Shown here one piece after another: positions 9,463-18,427 of a stretch of DNA of 64,000 nt. A program made the translations under genes and the position numbers. The stretch's first letter is position 1; every line of letters starts with the position of its first letter. This stretch comes from Candidatus Gottesmanbacteria bacterium UBA6580. Its GTDB lineage: Bacteria > Patescibacteriota > Microgenomatia > UBA10105 > UBA927. The stretch is from the NCBI GenBank assembly GCA_002433895.1, contig DJJA01000003.1, forward strand, positions 511,745 through 575,744. Direction: 5' to 3'. Below the pieces are notes generated by a model, which saw nothing but the letters and a program-made list of their open reading frames with translations, did not search any database and was not told the DNA's origin.

Positions 9463-11148
9463 ATGGTCGAAATTTCACAACTCGGTATGAAAAAATATAT
9501 TTTTGTGTTCATAGTAATGGTCGCTATCGTATTGCGGTTTTGGTCGCTTGGATCTGTGCCGCCATCTCCGGATTGGGATGAGGCAGCCCTCGGATATAAC
9601 GCTTACTCAATACTCAAAACCGGGAGGGATGAGTACGGTACATTTTTGCCCAGAACACTTCGGTCATTTGATGATTATAAGCCGCCACTGTATGTCTATC
9701 TGTCAATTCCTCCGGTCGCGATATTTGGGTTAAGTACATGGTCGGTCCGGTTGCCCTCTGCGGTGATGGGAGTGTTAGCGGTTATCGGAACTTATTTTCT
9801 TGTTATTGAATTGCTGCGTGGTCAAAAAGAGAAAGGCAAGCAGAAAGCGCGCGGAATTCAGCCGGAAACACTGGCAGCACTTACGTCATTTTTATTGGCT
9901 ATCTCACCATGGCATCTGCAGTTTTCACGGATTGCGTTTGAGGCAAATACAGGGGTGACACTTAATGTGTGGGGACTGGTGGCGTTTTTGCGGGGTCTTC
10001 GGTCGTTGCCGTGGATGATGGCCAGCGCGTTCTTTTTTGGATTATCCCTCTATGCCTATCATAGCGAGCGGGTTTTTGTGCCGATGCTTCTTATTATCGT
10101 AAGTATATTGTGGCGTAAAGAATTGTTTGCCGATGCAAAAAAATTAGCAATCGGTATTATTATCGGTATTCTTACCGCTGCCCCTTTGTTACCGGTGGTA
10201 CTGGACAGTACTTCAGTGACGCGCCTGAAGGGAACCAGTTCATTATCGGATCAGACAGGTTTACTGATGCGGTCAACCGCAAAACTGGAGGACGACCGTA
10301 AGTCCGGTAATGTGACTGGCGCACTTTTTGATAACCGGCGTATCGTATACGCAAAAACACTGATTGACGGATATATCAGTCATTTTTCACTGCGGTGGCT
10401 GTTTTTGGTCGGGGATAATGACCGGCATCATGCACCGGATAACGGTCTGTTGTACCTTTGGGAGTTGCCATTTTTCTTATGGGGAATATACGCAGTTTGG
10501 CGAAACGGTGGCAGGCTCGCGTCATTGTTGTTGAGTTGGATACTGATTACCCCGATTGCCGCATCTCCAACTTCCGAGACCCCTCATGCAATACGGACAC
10601 TCGTGGCGCTTCCGGCGCTGCAAATATGTACGGCTTTGGGTATTGTGGCATTCATGGGAAAGCTGCAGGAGACGCGGAAAAGATTATCGGGTGTGCTCCG
10701 GTGGCTGCCTGTTGTGGTGCTCTGTGTCGTGGGCGGATTTGTGATTATTAACACTGTATTTTATCTGCATATGTATCACACGCACTTAAATCATGAATAT
10801 CCGAAATTCTGGCAATATGGTTATGAACAGGCGGTACGGTACGCAGAAGCGCATAAAGAAAAATACGACAAGATAATCGTGTCAACGTCACTCGAGCAAC
10901 CACACATGTTCTTTCTTTTTTATACGAAATATGACCCGAAGAAATATTTGGAAGCGGGTGGTACTGCATCCGGAGGGTTTGCGGAAAACAGAAACCGTTT
11001 TGATAAGTACGAATTCCGGCCGATATCCAATTGGGGGGATGAGCGGCACGATGGCACCATCCTCTATATTGGCTCACCGATGGAAGTTCCCGGCGGTACG
11101 GTCATATCGTACCCCAACGGCACGGACGCGATACATATTTCGGAATAA
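9463..11148 (+). CDS. PMT_2/ArnT-like GT39-family membrane glycosyltransferase, paralog B2
   Basis: Contains PPSPDWDEAALGYNAYSILKTGRDEYGTFLP...DYKPPLYVYLSIPP...SVRLPSAVMGVLAV. The true start may be the second ATG at 9487 (MKKYIFVF). Confidence 0.7.
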   Translation: MVEISQLGMKKYIFVFIVMVAIVLRFWSLGSVPPSPDWDEAALGYNAYSILKTGRDEYGTFLPRTLRSFDDYKPPLYVYLSIPPVAIFGLSTWSVRLPSAVMGVLAVIGTYFLVIELLRGQKEKGKQKARGIQPETLAALTSFLLAISPWHLQFSRIAFEANTGVTLNVWGLVAFLRGLRSLPWMMASAFFFGLSLYAYHSERVFVPMLLIIVSILWRKELFADAKKLAIGIIIGILTAAPLLPVVLDSTSVTRLKGTSSLSDQTGLLMRSTAKLEDDRKSGNVTGALFDNRRIVYAKTLIDGYISHFSLRWLFLVGDNDRHHAPDNGLLYLWELPFFLWGIYAVWRNGGRLASLLLSWILITPIAASPTSETPHAIRTLVALPALQICTALGIVAFMGKLQETRKRLSGVLRWLPVVVLCVVGGFVIINTVFYLHMYHTHLNHEYPKFWQYGYEQAVRYAEAHKEKYDKIIVSTSLEQPHMFFLFYTKYDPKKYLEAGGTASGGFAENRNRFDKYEFRPISNWGDERHDGTILYIGSPMEVPGGTVISYPNGTDAIHISE

Positions 11149-11151
11149 TTT

Positions 11152-12792
11152 ATGCCTATAAAACGATTATTATTCCTCAGCGGAATTTTCATTGTTGCCG
11201 CCTTTTTCCGTTTTTACAACCTTACGCTTGTGCCTCCGAGCCCGTCACTTGATGAGGTTTCTATCGGTTATAACGCGTATTCAATATTGCACACGGGAAA
11301 AGATGAATACGGTGTTTCTTGGCCGCTGCTGCTCCGGGCGTATGACGATTTCCGTCCCGCCCTATATGTCTACTTCACTATTCCATTTGTGTGGTTATTT
11401 GGCTTGACCGCGGAGGCAGTGCGGTTGCCGTCGGTTATGCTCTCGCTTATCACTGTGTATGTGGTGTACTGCATCGGGAAATTGATCGGAAAAAAATATT
11501 TATCGTTTGAACGCTTGGGCGATGTTGCTGCAGCTATACTCGCAATTTCTCCGTGGCATATATACCTATCGCGGTTGGGGCATGAAGCGAATTTGGGCTT
11601 AGCATTGGTCGCCTTGGGTGTATATTTTTTCCTCCGTGCAGTAGTGACATCGAGCAGAAATGCGTGGTTATTCGCGGCCATTTCGTTTGGGTTATCAGTG
11701 CATGGGTACCAGAGCCAGAAAATAATCAGTCCGTTGTTATTGATTTTCGGAGGCGCATTATATTGGAAGGCAATATGGCATGAAAAGAAAAAGGTGATGT
11801 TTGCGGCCGCCGTCGGACTTATTATCGCAATACCAGCGGTCACCGTGACGTTGTCGCCGCAAGGGATGGTCCGGTTCCGGGGTACGAGTGCGTTTGCTGA
11901 TGATGCAGCGATTGTGGTTGCAGCACGGGAAAAATATATAGCCGCAAAAGAATCGGAGAACCGTATCGCACAGATTTTCCAGAGTAGGTACGTCACCAAC
12001 GCTGTGATATTTGCTACAAATTATGTGTCACATTTTTCACCGGCGTGGCTTTTTGCGGGAGGGGAAAGAGAGGCACATAAAGTGCCTGGATTGGGACTTA
12101 TGTATGTGTGGGAATTGCCGCTTCTTTTGTTTGGACTGTGGGCAATTATTGCTTCACGGTTGCCTAGGCGGTTACAAGCATTTTTGCTCATAAGTATTTT
12201 TATTTCTCCTATACCGGCGTCCCTTACGACACAGGCACCGCATGCGATGCGCGCGTATACGTTTATCCCATTGCTTCAGGTTGTGGAGGCATTTGGAGTG
12301 TGGTGGATAGTCCGCAGGCTCAGTAAGCAGCAGCTCCGGATACTTGCGGTAGTTGTCGGGATGGTCGTGTCTATGGGGCTTTCAAAATTCTGGCAGGGAT
12401 ATTTTGTGCGGTTTCCTGTGGAGCAATCGGACGCTTTCCAGTATGCTATGAAAGAGGCGGTTTCTTATGCACGCGTATCGGAAGCAAGTTACCAGAAGAT
12501 AGAATTTTCTAACCAGGGGGCGTTATACCAGTCGTACATGTTTTTTCTCTTCTACACCCGTTTCAACCCCGGTGAGTATCTACGGTTGGGTGGCACGATA
12601 AGCGGTGGGTACGAAGAAGCACATAGTATCGGTAAATACGCGTTCGGTATAATACCAGCGCGATACGAAGATATGAAAAAATCAGTACTGTACATATATG
12701 ATAGCGCTATGGTGCCACAGGGGGCGAAGGTTATAAAACGATTTATAGATGCTGGGGGCAAGGAGGCAATTGTTGCCGCTACAATATTATGA
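11152..12792 (+). CDS. PMT_2/ArnT-like GT39-family membrane glycosyltransferase, paralog B3
   Basis: Contains PPSPSLDEVSIGYNAYSILHTGKDEYGVSWP...DDFRPALYVYFTIPF...AVRLPSVMLSLITV. 546 aa, same architecture as B1 and B2. Confidence 0.7.
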   Translation: MPIKRLLFLSGIFIVAAFFRFYNLTLVPPSPSLDEVSIGYNAYSILHTGKDEYGVSWPLLLRAYDDFRPALYVYFTIPFVWLFGLTAEAVRLPSVMLSLITVYVVYCIGKLIGKKYLSFERLGDVAAAILAISPWHIYLSRLGHEANLGLALVALGVYFFLRAVVTSSRNAWLFAAISFGLSVHGYQSQKIISPLLLIFGGALYWKAIWHEKKKVMFAAAVGLIIAIPAVTVTLSPQGMVRFRGTSAFADDAAIVVAAREKYIAAKESENRIAQIFQSRYVTNAVIFATNYVSHFSPAWLFAGGEREAHKVPGLGLMYVWELPLLLFGLWAIIASRLPRRLQAFLLISIFISPIPASLTTQAPHAMRAYTFIPLLQVVEAFGVWWIVRRLSKQQLRILAVVVGMVVSMGLSKFWQGYFVRFPVEQSDAFQYAMKEAVSYARVSEASYQKIEFSNQGALYQSYMFFLFYTRFNPGEYLRLGGTISGGYEEAHSIGKYAFGIIPARYEDMKKSVLYIYDSAMVPQGAKVIKRFIDAGGKEAIVAATIL

Positions 12793-14348
12793 AAAAAACT
12801 ACCCACCGTGCCGAGCCAAAATTCCAGGCAACACTTCTACACGGCATATCATATATCGTTTTTGGCATTATGGTGGTTGCGGTTGTCCTAGGTATCACGC
12901 TCCGCCTAGTTGAAACTTTCAGCGGTAACTATGTATTTGGTTTTGATCAGGGATTGGATTTTTTGGCGGCACGTTCCATCGCGGTGGATCATAAAATAAC
13001 ACTTATTGGTTCCGAGGCGGGAGCCGGGTTTGCAGGGCTCCCGGGCGTGTTTCATGGACCGGGATACCGGTACATACTGGCGGTTCTTCTTGCGGTGTCA
13101 TCGGGCAATCCATATGGTGCAATCGTGTTTCTCGGTGCACTGAGTGTTGTATTGTTATGGGTATTATTCCGGTTGTCGGATCATATCTTCGGACGCCCGG
13201 TAGCGTGGGCAACAGTATTCTTGGCTGCGGTTTCTCTGCCGCTTATTGGCCAGGGCCGTATGGTGTGGGCGCCGAATTTTTCCGGCCTTGTGGCGCTGCC
13301 TTTCCTTTTTGCGCTGTGGAAGTCGCGGAAAAACGCTCCGTGGTATATGTTCCTTACCGCATTGCTGGCATCTTCCCTGTATCATTTTGAAATTCCCATG
13401 GCGGTACCCGCGGTGTTGGCCTCATTTTTATATTTTTTATTTGTTACAAAAAACCGGCGGGTATATGGATGGGGGTTGTATGTATTTGGTATCTTCCTTG
13501 GGTTCCTGCCCATGTTGCTTTTTGAAGCCCGGCACGGATGGGGGTTGGTAAAGGGGCTGCTTAGTTATGGAGGCCGTATCGGAGCCACAAAAGCAGCAGC
13601 GCCATTTTATCCGCTTAAAGAGTTGATAGGCGACGGAAACGCACTGCTTTCTACTATCCGTGACTCGTTTCATTTCGGAGTACCCTGGGTAAGTGGGATA
13701 TTTCCGGCGGTGTTGTTGGCGGGGGCACTTATTTTTGCGTACCGCGAGAAGAGTAAAGACATCAGACAATTTGTGACCGCACTGTTGTTGCTTATCGGGT
13801 CACATGTGCTGGTGTATTACCCGTACCGTGGGCCGGTATATTCGCACTATCTTTCTTTACTTTATTTCGTATATCCGCTGGTAGCCGCGTATGTTGCGAT
13901 CAAATTATTGTCTACCCGTGTAACCCGATTAGCGGTATATGTTTTGGGACTTCTCATGGTTATAGAGGTACTCTCAGTTTTTCCTAAAACGATAATGTAT
14001 GACTACGCTGATTACGGTGGAACGGCAAAGATGAAAGGAAAAATCGACGCGATAGATGCGATTTACGAACATGCCGCGGGCAAGGGATTTAATATACAGG
14101 TTTTTACTCCTCCCGTACTTCCGCATGCATATGACTATATACTCTTATGGTACGCCGCCAAAAAATACGGATATACGCCGGGGCGCGACCTTAACGGGAC
14201 TGTATATCTATTGATTGAACCCGATCCGGAGAAACCATGGAGTTATAATGGCTGGTTAGAGACCGTCATAAAAACCGGCGAGGTAGAAAGCCGTTGGAAA
14301 TTGCCGAGTGGTTTTATGATAGAAAAACGATTTATGAAAGGAATATGA
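12789..14348 (+). CDS. Polytopic membrane protein, GT-C candidate
   Basis: 519-aa multi-TM ORF with an N-terminal loop FGFDQGLDFLAARSI, a DQG motif also seen in the 4929 ORF. ATGA overlap with the upstream gene. Confidence 0.4.
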   Translation: MKKTTHRAEPKFQATLLHGISYIVFGIMVVAVVLGITLRLVETFSGNYVFGFDQGLDFLAARSIAVDHKITLIGSEAGAGFAGLPGVFHGPGYRYILAVLLAVSSGNPYGAIVFLGALSVVLLWVLFRLSDHIFGRPVAWATVFLAAVSLPLIGQGRMVWAPNFSGLVALPFLFALWKSRKNAPWYMFLTALLASSLYHFEIPMAVPAVLASFLYFLFVTKNRRVYGWGLYVFGIFLGFLPMLLFEARHGWGLVKGLLSYGGRIGATKAAAPFYPLKELIGDGNALLSTIRDSFHFGVPWVSGIFPAVLLAGALIFAYREKSKDIRQFVTALLLLIGSHVLVYYPYRGPVYSHYLSLLYFVYPLVAAYVAIKLLSTRVTRLAVYVLGLLMVIEVLSVFPKTIMYDYADYGGTAKMKGKIDAIDAIYEHAAGKGFNIQVFTPPVLPHAYDYILLWYAAKKYGYTPGRDLNGTVYLLIEPDPEKPWSYNGWLETVIKTGEVESRWKLPSGFMIEKRFMKGI

Positions 14349-16003
14349 TGAAAAAGAAGCTGACCCACATCTTGCTATTTGTCGCGCTTTTGGTTGTGGC
14401 GACTGTGCCACTTTTGGATTTGCTTCATCCAGGTTTCCCCGTTACCCATGACGGGCAGGATCACGTAGCCAGGATAGCAAATTTTTACGCATCTCTTGCT
14501 GAGGGCAATGTCGTCCCACGGTGGGCGGCAAATCTTAACTGGGGATATGGCCACCCCATACTTATGTTTCTTTATCCGTTGCCTTCCTACGTGGCCTCAG
14601 TGTTCCACGCAGCTGGTTTTTCACTCATAGACAGCACAAAGTTGGTATTTGCTGTGGCATATGTAGCGAGCATGATTTTTATGTTTGTGTGGGTGAGGGC
14701 GGCGTGGGGGGTAGCCGCAGGGGTGACCGCGGCGGCGCTTTATGGTTTTGCGCCTTATAGATTTGTAGATCTGTATGTGCGGGGTGCTATCGGAGAACAT
14801 ATTGCCTTTGTGTTCCCTCCGCTTATTTGTTATGGGTTCTTGCTGCTTTCGCGGGAAAAGCACCGGGTATCGATAAAAGGTGTCGCAACTGTTACGGTTG
14901 GTACCACGTTCCTTATCTTGGGACATAACGCGTTAAGCCTCATGTTTTTACCGCTTATTGCACTATATGCATTGTATCTAGCGATCGTCGAAACAAAGAA
15001 ACCGTTATTGTTTGCCGTTGCAGCAGCAAGCAGCGTACTGTCCGGATTTTTACTAAGCGCTTTTTACTGGATTCCGGCGTTTTTTGAAGGAAAATACACA
15101 CTTCGGGATATCGTGACGGCGGGAGAATTTTCCGGCCGGTTTGTGCCATGGCTTTCGTTTCTCTATTCGCCGTGGAGTTATGGAGGTAGTCAGGAATTAT
15201 CGAAATGGTTGGGAGCCGGCCAGCTGCTCGCATTAGGAGCGGGTTTTTTTGCGGTCGAAAAAAACACAAAGCATCAGCGTCTGTTGATTGCGGGCATATT
15301 CCTCCTATTTTTTTCACTTTTCTTTATGACGCAAAATTCATCGCCCATATGGAATACCGTGACACTTCTGCAGAAATTCCAGTTTCCTTGGCGAATTATG
15401 TCGGTTGCGGTATTTATTATCTCCGTTATCGGTGGCCTCACTGTTTCCATTATGGGAAAAAACAGTCTGAAAATGGCAACGCTTATTATTTTTGTCGCGG
15501 TAGTAAGTACCATTCCCATGTGGAGAGCAAAAGAGTACCGGGTGGTTCCTGAGACTTTTTTTAGCGGCATATACAATAGCACCACCGATACGGGGGAAAG
15601 CAGTCCGGTGTGGTCGGTCCGGTTTATGGAAAAACGTGCATCATCGCTGGCGTTTACGGCACCGGAGCCGCATGATATCACCATTGGTCCGCGTACCACT
15701 ACATCGCGGGAGTATACGGTGAATATCAGTAGGCCAGTACGGTTTGTTGAAAATACGTTGTATTTTCCGGGTTGGCAGGTGTTTGTGAACGGTGACCGGC
15801 TGGAGAACGAAAAGCTGATATTTCAGGATCCAAATTACCGTGGTCTTATGACATTTGACTTGGATCCCGGACAGTATACCCTGCGGTTTTTGTTTACTGA
15901 AACAAAACTCCGCGAGTTTTCAAATTACCTCAGTTTGGTGTCATTCGGGCTTTTCCTATTGGGCATTGGTACAATACACATGCTATGGCGAAAAAGAATA
16001 TAA
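14345..16003 (+). CDS. YfhO-like/GT-C membrane protein, paralog A2
   Basis: Contains PVTHDGQDHVARIANFYASLAEGNVVPRWAANLNWGYGHPILMFLYPLPSY. C-terminal domain has YFPGWQVFVNGDRL followed by a final TM. Start chosen at ATG 14345, which gives an ATGATGA overlap with the upstream stop. Confidence 0.6.
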   Translation: MMKKKLTHILLFVALLVVATVPLLDLLHPGFPVTHDGQDHVARIANFYASLAEGNVVPRWAANLNWGYGHPILMFLYPLPSYVASVFHAAGFSLIDSTKLVFAVAYVASMIFMFVWVRAAWGVAAGVTAAALYGFAPYRFVDLYVRGAIGEHIAFVFPPLICYGFLLLSREKHRVSIKGVATVTVGTTFLILGHNALSLMFLPLIALYALYLAIVETKKPLLFAVAAASSVLSGFLLSAFYWIPAFFEGKYTLRDIVTAGEFSGRFVPWLSFLYSPWSYGGSQELSKWLGAGQLLALGAGFFAVEKNTKHQRLLIAGIFLLFFSLFFMTQNSSPIWNTVTLLQKFQFPWRIMSVAVFIISVIGGLTVSIMGKNSLKMATLIIFVAVVSTIPMWRAKEYRVVPETFFSGIYNSTTDTGESSPVWSVRFMEKRASSLAFTAPEPHDITIGPRTTTSREYTVNISRPVRFVENTLYFPGWQVFVNGDRLENEKLIFQDPNYRGLMTFDLDPGQYTLRFLFTETKLREFSNYLSLVSFGLFLLGIGTIHMLWRKRI

Positions 16004-16761
16004 CCCTATCAGTAGCGCTTGCGGTTTACAATGAGGAAGAGAATATCGGGCGGTGTTTGGCGTCGGTAAAAGACATTGCGGATGAAATAATCGTGGTTGA
16101 CGGCGGATCATCAGATAACACCGTGGCGGTTGCCAAAAAATATGGCGCAAGGGTCATAAAAACCACAAATCCGCCGATATTTCATATTAATAAACAAAAA
16201 GCACTGGATGCCGCCCATGGTGAATGGATATTGCAGTTGGATGCGGATGAGGCGGTGAGTAAAGAGTTGGGCAAGGAAATTCTGGAGACCATTTCTTCTC
16301 ATTTTGTGCCAAACGGATACTATATTGCCCGGCATAATTATTTTCTTGGTAATTGGCTCAGGAAGGGCGGGCAATATCCTGACTATGTCATCAGGCTTTT
16401 CAGGAGGGGAAGCGGCAAGTTTCCTCAAAAAAGCGTTCATGAGCAGATAGAAATAGATGGTCATGTGGGACACCTTGAGAACGCGATGGAGCACTATTCA
16501 TATACTTCTATCTCCCAATACTGGAGCAAGGCACGTACGTATATAAAATTAAGCGCGGCCGAATTGAAGGAAAAACCGAACGGCCATTCGGTCGCCACCG
16601 CCGTTTCATATATGTTGGTTAAGCCCGTTACTACTTTTTTCGCAATATATGTTCGTCACAAGGGGTTTGTAGACGGATGGCGAGGGTTTTTATTTGCTTT
16701 GTTTTCTGCGCTACATTTTCCTAACGCGTATCGCTTGTCACGGGTGCGTATGTCATCATGA
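15985..16761 (+). CDS. GT2-family glycosyltransferase (polyprenyl-phosphate sugar synthase-like)
   Basis: Opens LSVALAVYNEEENIGRCLASVKDIADEIIVVDGGSSDNTVAVAKKYG and carries an LQLDADE DxD motif. Confidence 0.75.
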   Translation: MAKKNITLSVALAVYNEEENIGRCLASVKDIADEIIVVDGGSSDNTVAVAKKYGARVIKTTNPPIFHINKQKALDAAHGEWILQLDADEAVSKELGKEILETISSHFVPNGYYIARHNYFLGNWLRKGGQYPDYVIRLFRRGSGKFPQKSVHEQIEIDGHVGHLENAMEHYSYTSISQYWSKARTYIKLSAAELKEKPNGHSVATAVSYMLVKPVTTFFAIYVRHKGFVDGWRGFLFALFSALHFPNAYRLSRVRMSS

Positions 16762-17279
16762 AGCGGTTTTTTGTCGGAGTTATTATTTCGGTACTATATT
16801 GTTTCAGTATGCTGCCAACCGTGCGTGCTGATTATGTGTTGCCCTACCCCGGGTTTATGCCCGGAAATAAACTGTATAAAGTGTCACGCTTCTTGGATAA
16901 AGCAAAAGAGCCGCTCTATTTCGGTCCGCTCAGCGCATACAAATATCACCTTGGTCTGGCTGATAAATACTTGGTGGAGGCGAAGGTGTTATTCGAATAT
17001 AAACAGTATTTGCTTGCGGTAGATGCATTGGCCCGCTCAGACAAAGAATTTACTATGCTTCCCCGGTATCTGGTACAGGCGGGGAAGCAGCGGAAAGATG
17101 TATCCTTGTTCGAACAGCAGCTTTCAGAAGCAGCGTTGATGCACAAGCAAATACTGGAGGAGTTATTGGTACAGCTTCCCGATACATTCACATGGACACC
17201 GGAGAAATCAGCCGCAACCTTATTGCCTCTCAAAGATTTGCTGCAGAGTTCGGTGACTATCCGTTCAAACGTATTATGA
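16758..17279 (+). CDS. Small secreted hypothetical protein (possibly DUF5667-like)
   Basis: N-terminal signal or anchor MKRFFVGVIISVLYCFSMLPTVRA followed by DYVLPYPGFMPGNKLYKVSRFLDKAKE. Tightly coupled to its neighbours by 4-nt overlaps on both sides. Confidence 0.4.
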   Translation: MKRFFVGVIISVLYCFSMLPTVRADYVLPYPGFMPGNKLYKVSRFLDKAKEPLYFGPLSAYKYHLGLADKYLVEAKVLFEYKQYLLAVDALARSDKEFTMLPRYLVQAGKQRKDVSLFEQQLSEAALMHKQILEELLVQLPDTFTWTPEKSAATLLPLKDLLQSSVTIRSNVL

Positions 17280-18427
17280 CAACACTTTCAAAAATATTCA
17301 TGATCGGGGCTTTGTTGGTATTGATGATTTTTTCATTTGGATTTAAAGATCCACACCTGGAGCTGTTTTCATATCCACCGGTGGTGGAGATGCTTACTGT
17401 ACTCACCGCATTTGTTTACGGGCAGCCGTTTGCCGCTTCGGTAGTATACGGTGCAATAGTGACCGCGTTGTTTTGCGGGTATGCGATCATAATGGCCACG
17501 TATAAAGCAAGCCGGCCAAAGGCTTTTCCCCGTTGGATAGTGTCGCTCATTGCCCTTGCGGTTTTTTCTTTTCCGGCGCTTTCTTACGATGTATTCAATT
17601 ATATTTTGACGGCGAAAATGACGTTTTACTACCAGGAAAACCCGTATATAGTTATGCCGATCGAAATTCCAAATGAGCCCATGTTGGCCTATACCCGCGC
17701 GGCTAATAAAGTAGCACTTTATGGACCATCCTGGATAGCGTTGACATCATTTCCGTATATAGTAGGGAGGACGAGTGTGACGGCGGCAATTTTTTCTTTT
17801 AAAGCGTTTGTCGCGCTATTTTATTGCGCCCTCGTCTATATGATTTACCGAAAAACGAAACGGTGGGATCAGGCAATGTTTTTTGCTCTCAACCCTCTCA
17901 TTATCCTGGAAGGATTGGTTTCCGGACATAATGATCCTGTCATGATGGCACTTGCCGTAGCAGGGTTATTGTTATGGCACAGAGCCTCTACGCACTACAA
18001 GGTGGCAGGCATCGTGCTATTTACCGCGTCGGTATTGGTAAAGGGCGCGACTATAGCGCTTTTGCCTTTATTTATTTTTTCATCGTGGACGTGGGAGAAA
18101 AAAATTGTTTGGGGATACTGGCTTATGTTCGGTATTTTTCTTTTAAGCCCACTTCGAGAAGAGTTGTATCCATGGTATGCCACGTGGTGGCTTACGTTTG
18201 CGTCGTTCGTGCCAATACGGAAAAACTCATTTATCCACGCGTTTTCGTTTGCTGTATGCGTCGGGCTTATGCTTGGTTACCTCCCCTGGATAGCCACCCG
18301 TGAATACGGTGGTATTACTCCGGCAATACGAACCATGCTGACCGTCGTTCCGCCGGTAATGTATGTGCTGTATTACTTCCGTCATTATTTTATAAACCGC
18401 AAACGTTATTATAAAAAACGGGCATGA
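17276..18427 (+). CDS. Polytopic membrane protein, GT-C candidate
   Basis: Multi-TM ORF. Start moved to the internal ATG at 17276 (MTTLSKIF...), which creates an ATGA overlap with the upstream stop. Contains SGHNDPVMMALAVAGLLLWHR. Confidence 0.4.
   Translation: MTTLSKIFMIGALLVLMIFSFGFKDPHLELFSYPPVVEMLTVLTAFVYGQPFAASVVYGAIVTALFCGYAIIMATYKASRPKAFPRWIVSLIALAVFSFPALSYDVFNYILTAKMTFYYQENPYIVMPIEIPNEPMLAYTRAANKVALYGPSWIALTSFPYIVGRTSVTAAIFSFKAFVALFYCALVYMIYRKTKRWDQAMFFALNPLIILEGLVSGHNDPVMMALAVAGLLLWHRASTHYKVAGIVLFTASVLVKGATIALLPLFIFSSWTWEKKIVWGYWLMFGIFLLSPLREELYPWYATWWLTFASFVPIRKNSFIHAFSFAVCVGLMLGYLPWIATREYGGITPAIRTMLTVVPPVMYVLYYFRHYFINRKRYYKKRA

Noticed and set aside
9357-9475. 9-bp inverted repeat AATTTCGAC / GTCGAAATT flanking the B1-B2 intergenic region and overlapping the B2 start codon
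   Set aside because: A single short repeat pair about 100 nt apart with no terminator-like T-run. It could be a regulatory structure, but chance is equally likely at this length.
11370-11999. 209-aa ORF on the minus strand, with similar antisense ORFs at 10748-11077, 20467-21024, 47337-47786 and 15274-15699
   Set aside because: Each lies entirely antisense within a long, well-supported glycosyltransferase or membrane-protein gene and has a low-complexity, Arg/Ser/Cys-rich composition. They are most likely spurious mirror ORFs.
14294-14348. Longer N-terminal extension (MEIAEWFYDRKTIYERNM...) of the A2 paralog, and similarly long ORF-track starts at 17192, 19931, 21702, 58035 and 3299
   Set aside because: The extensions overlap upstream genes by 30-150 nt, lack the signal/TM start seen in paralogs, and internal ATGs give canonical ATGA-coupled starts. 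The shorter starts were adopted.
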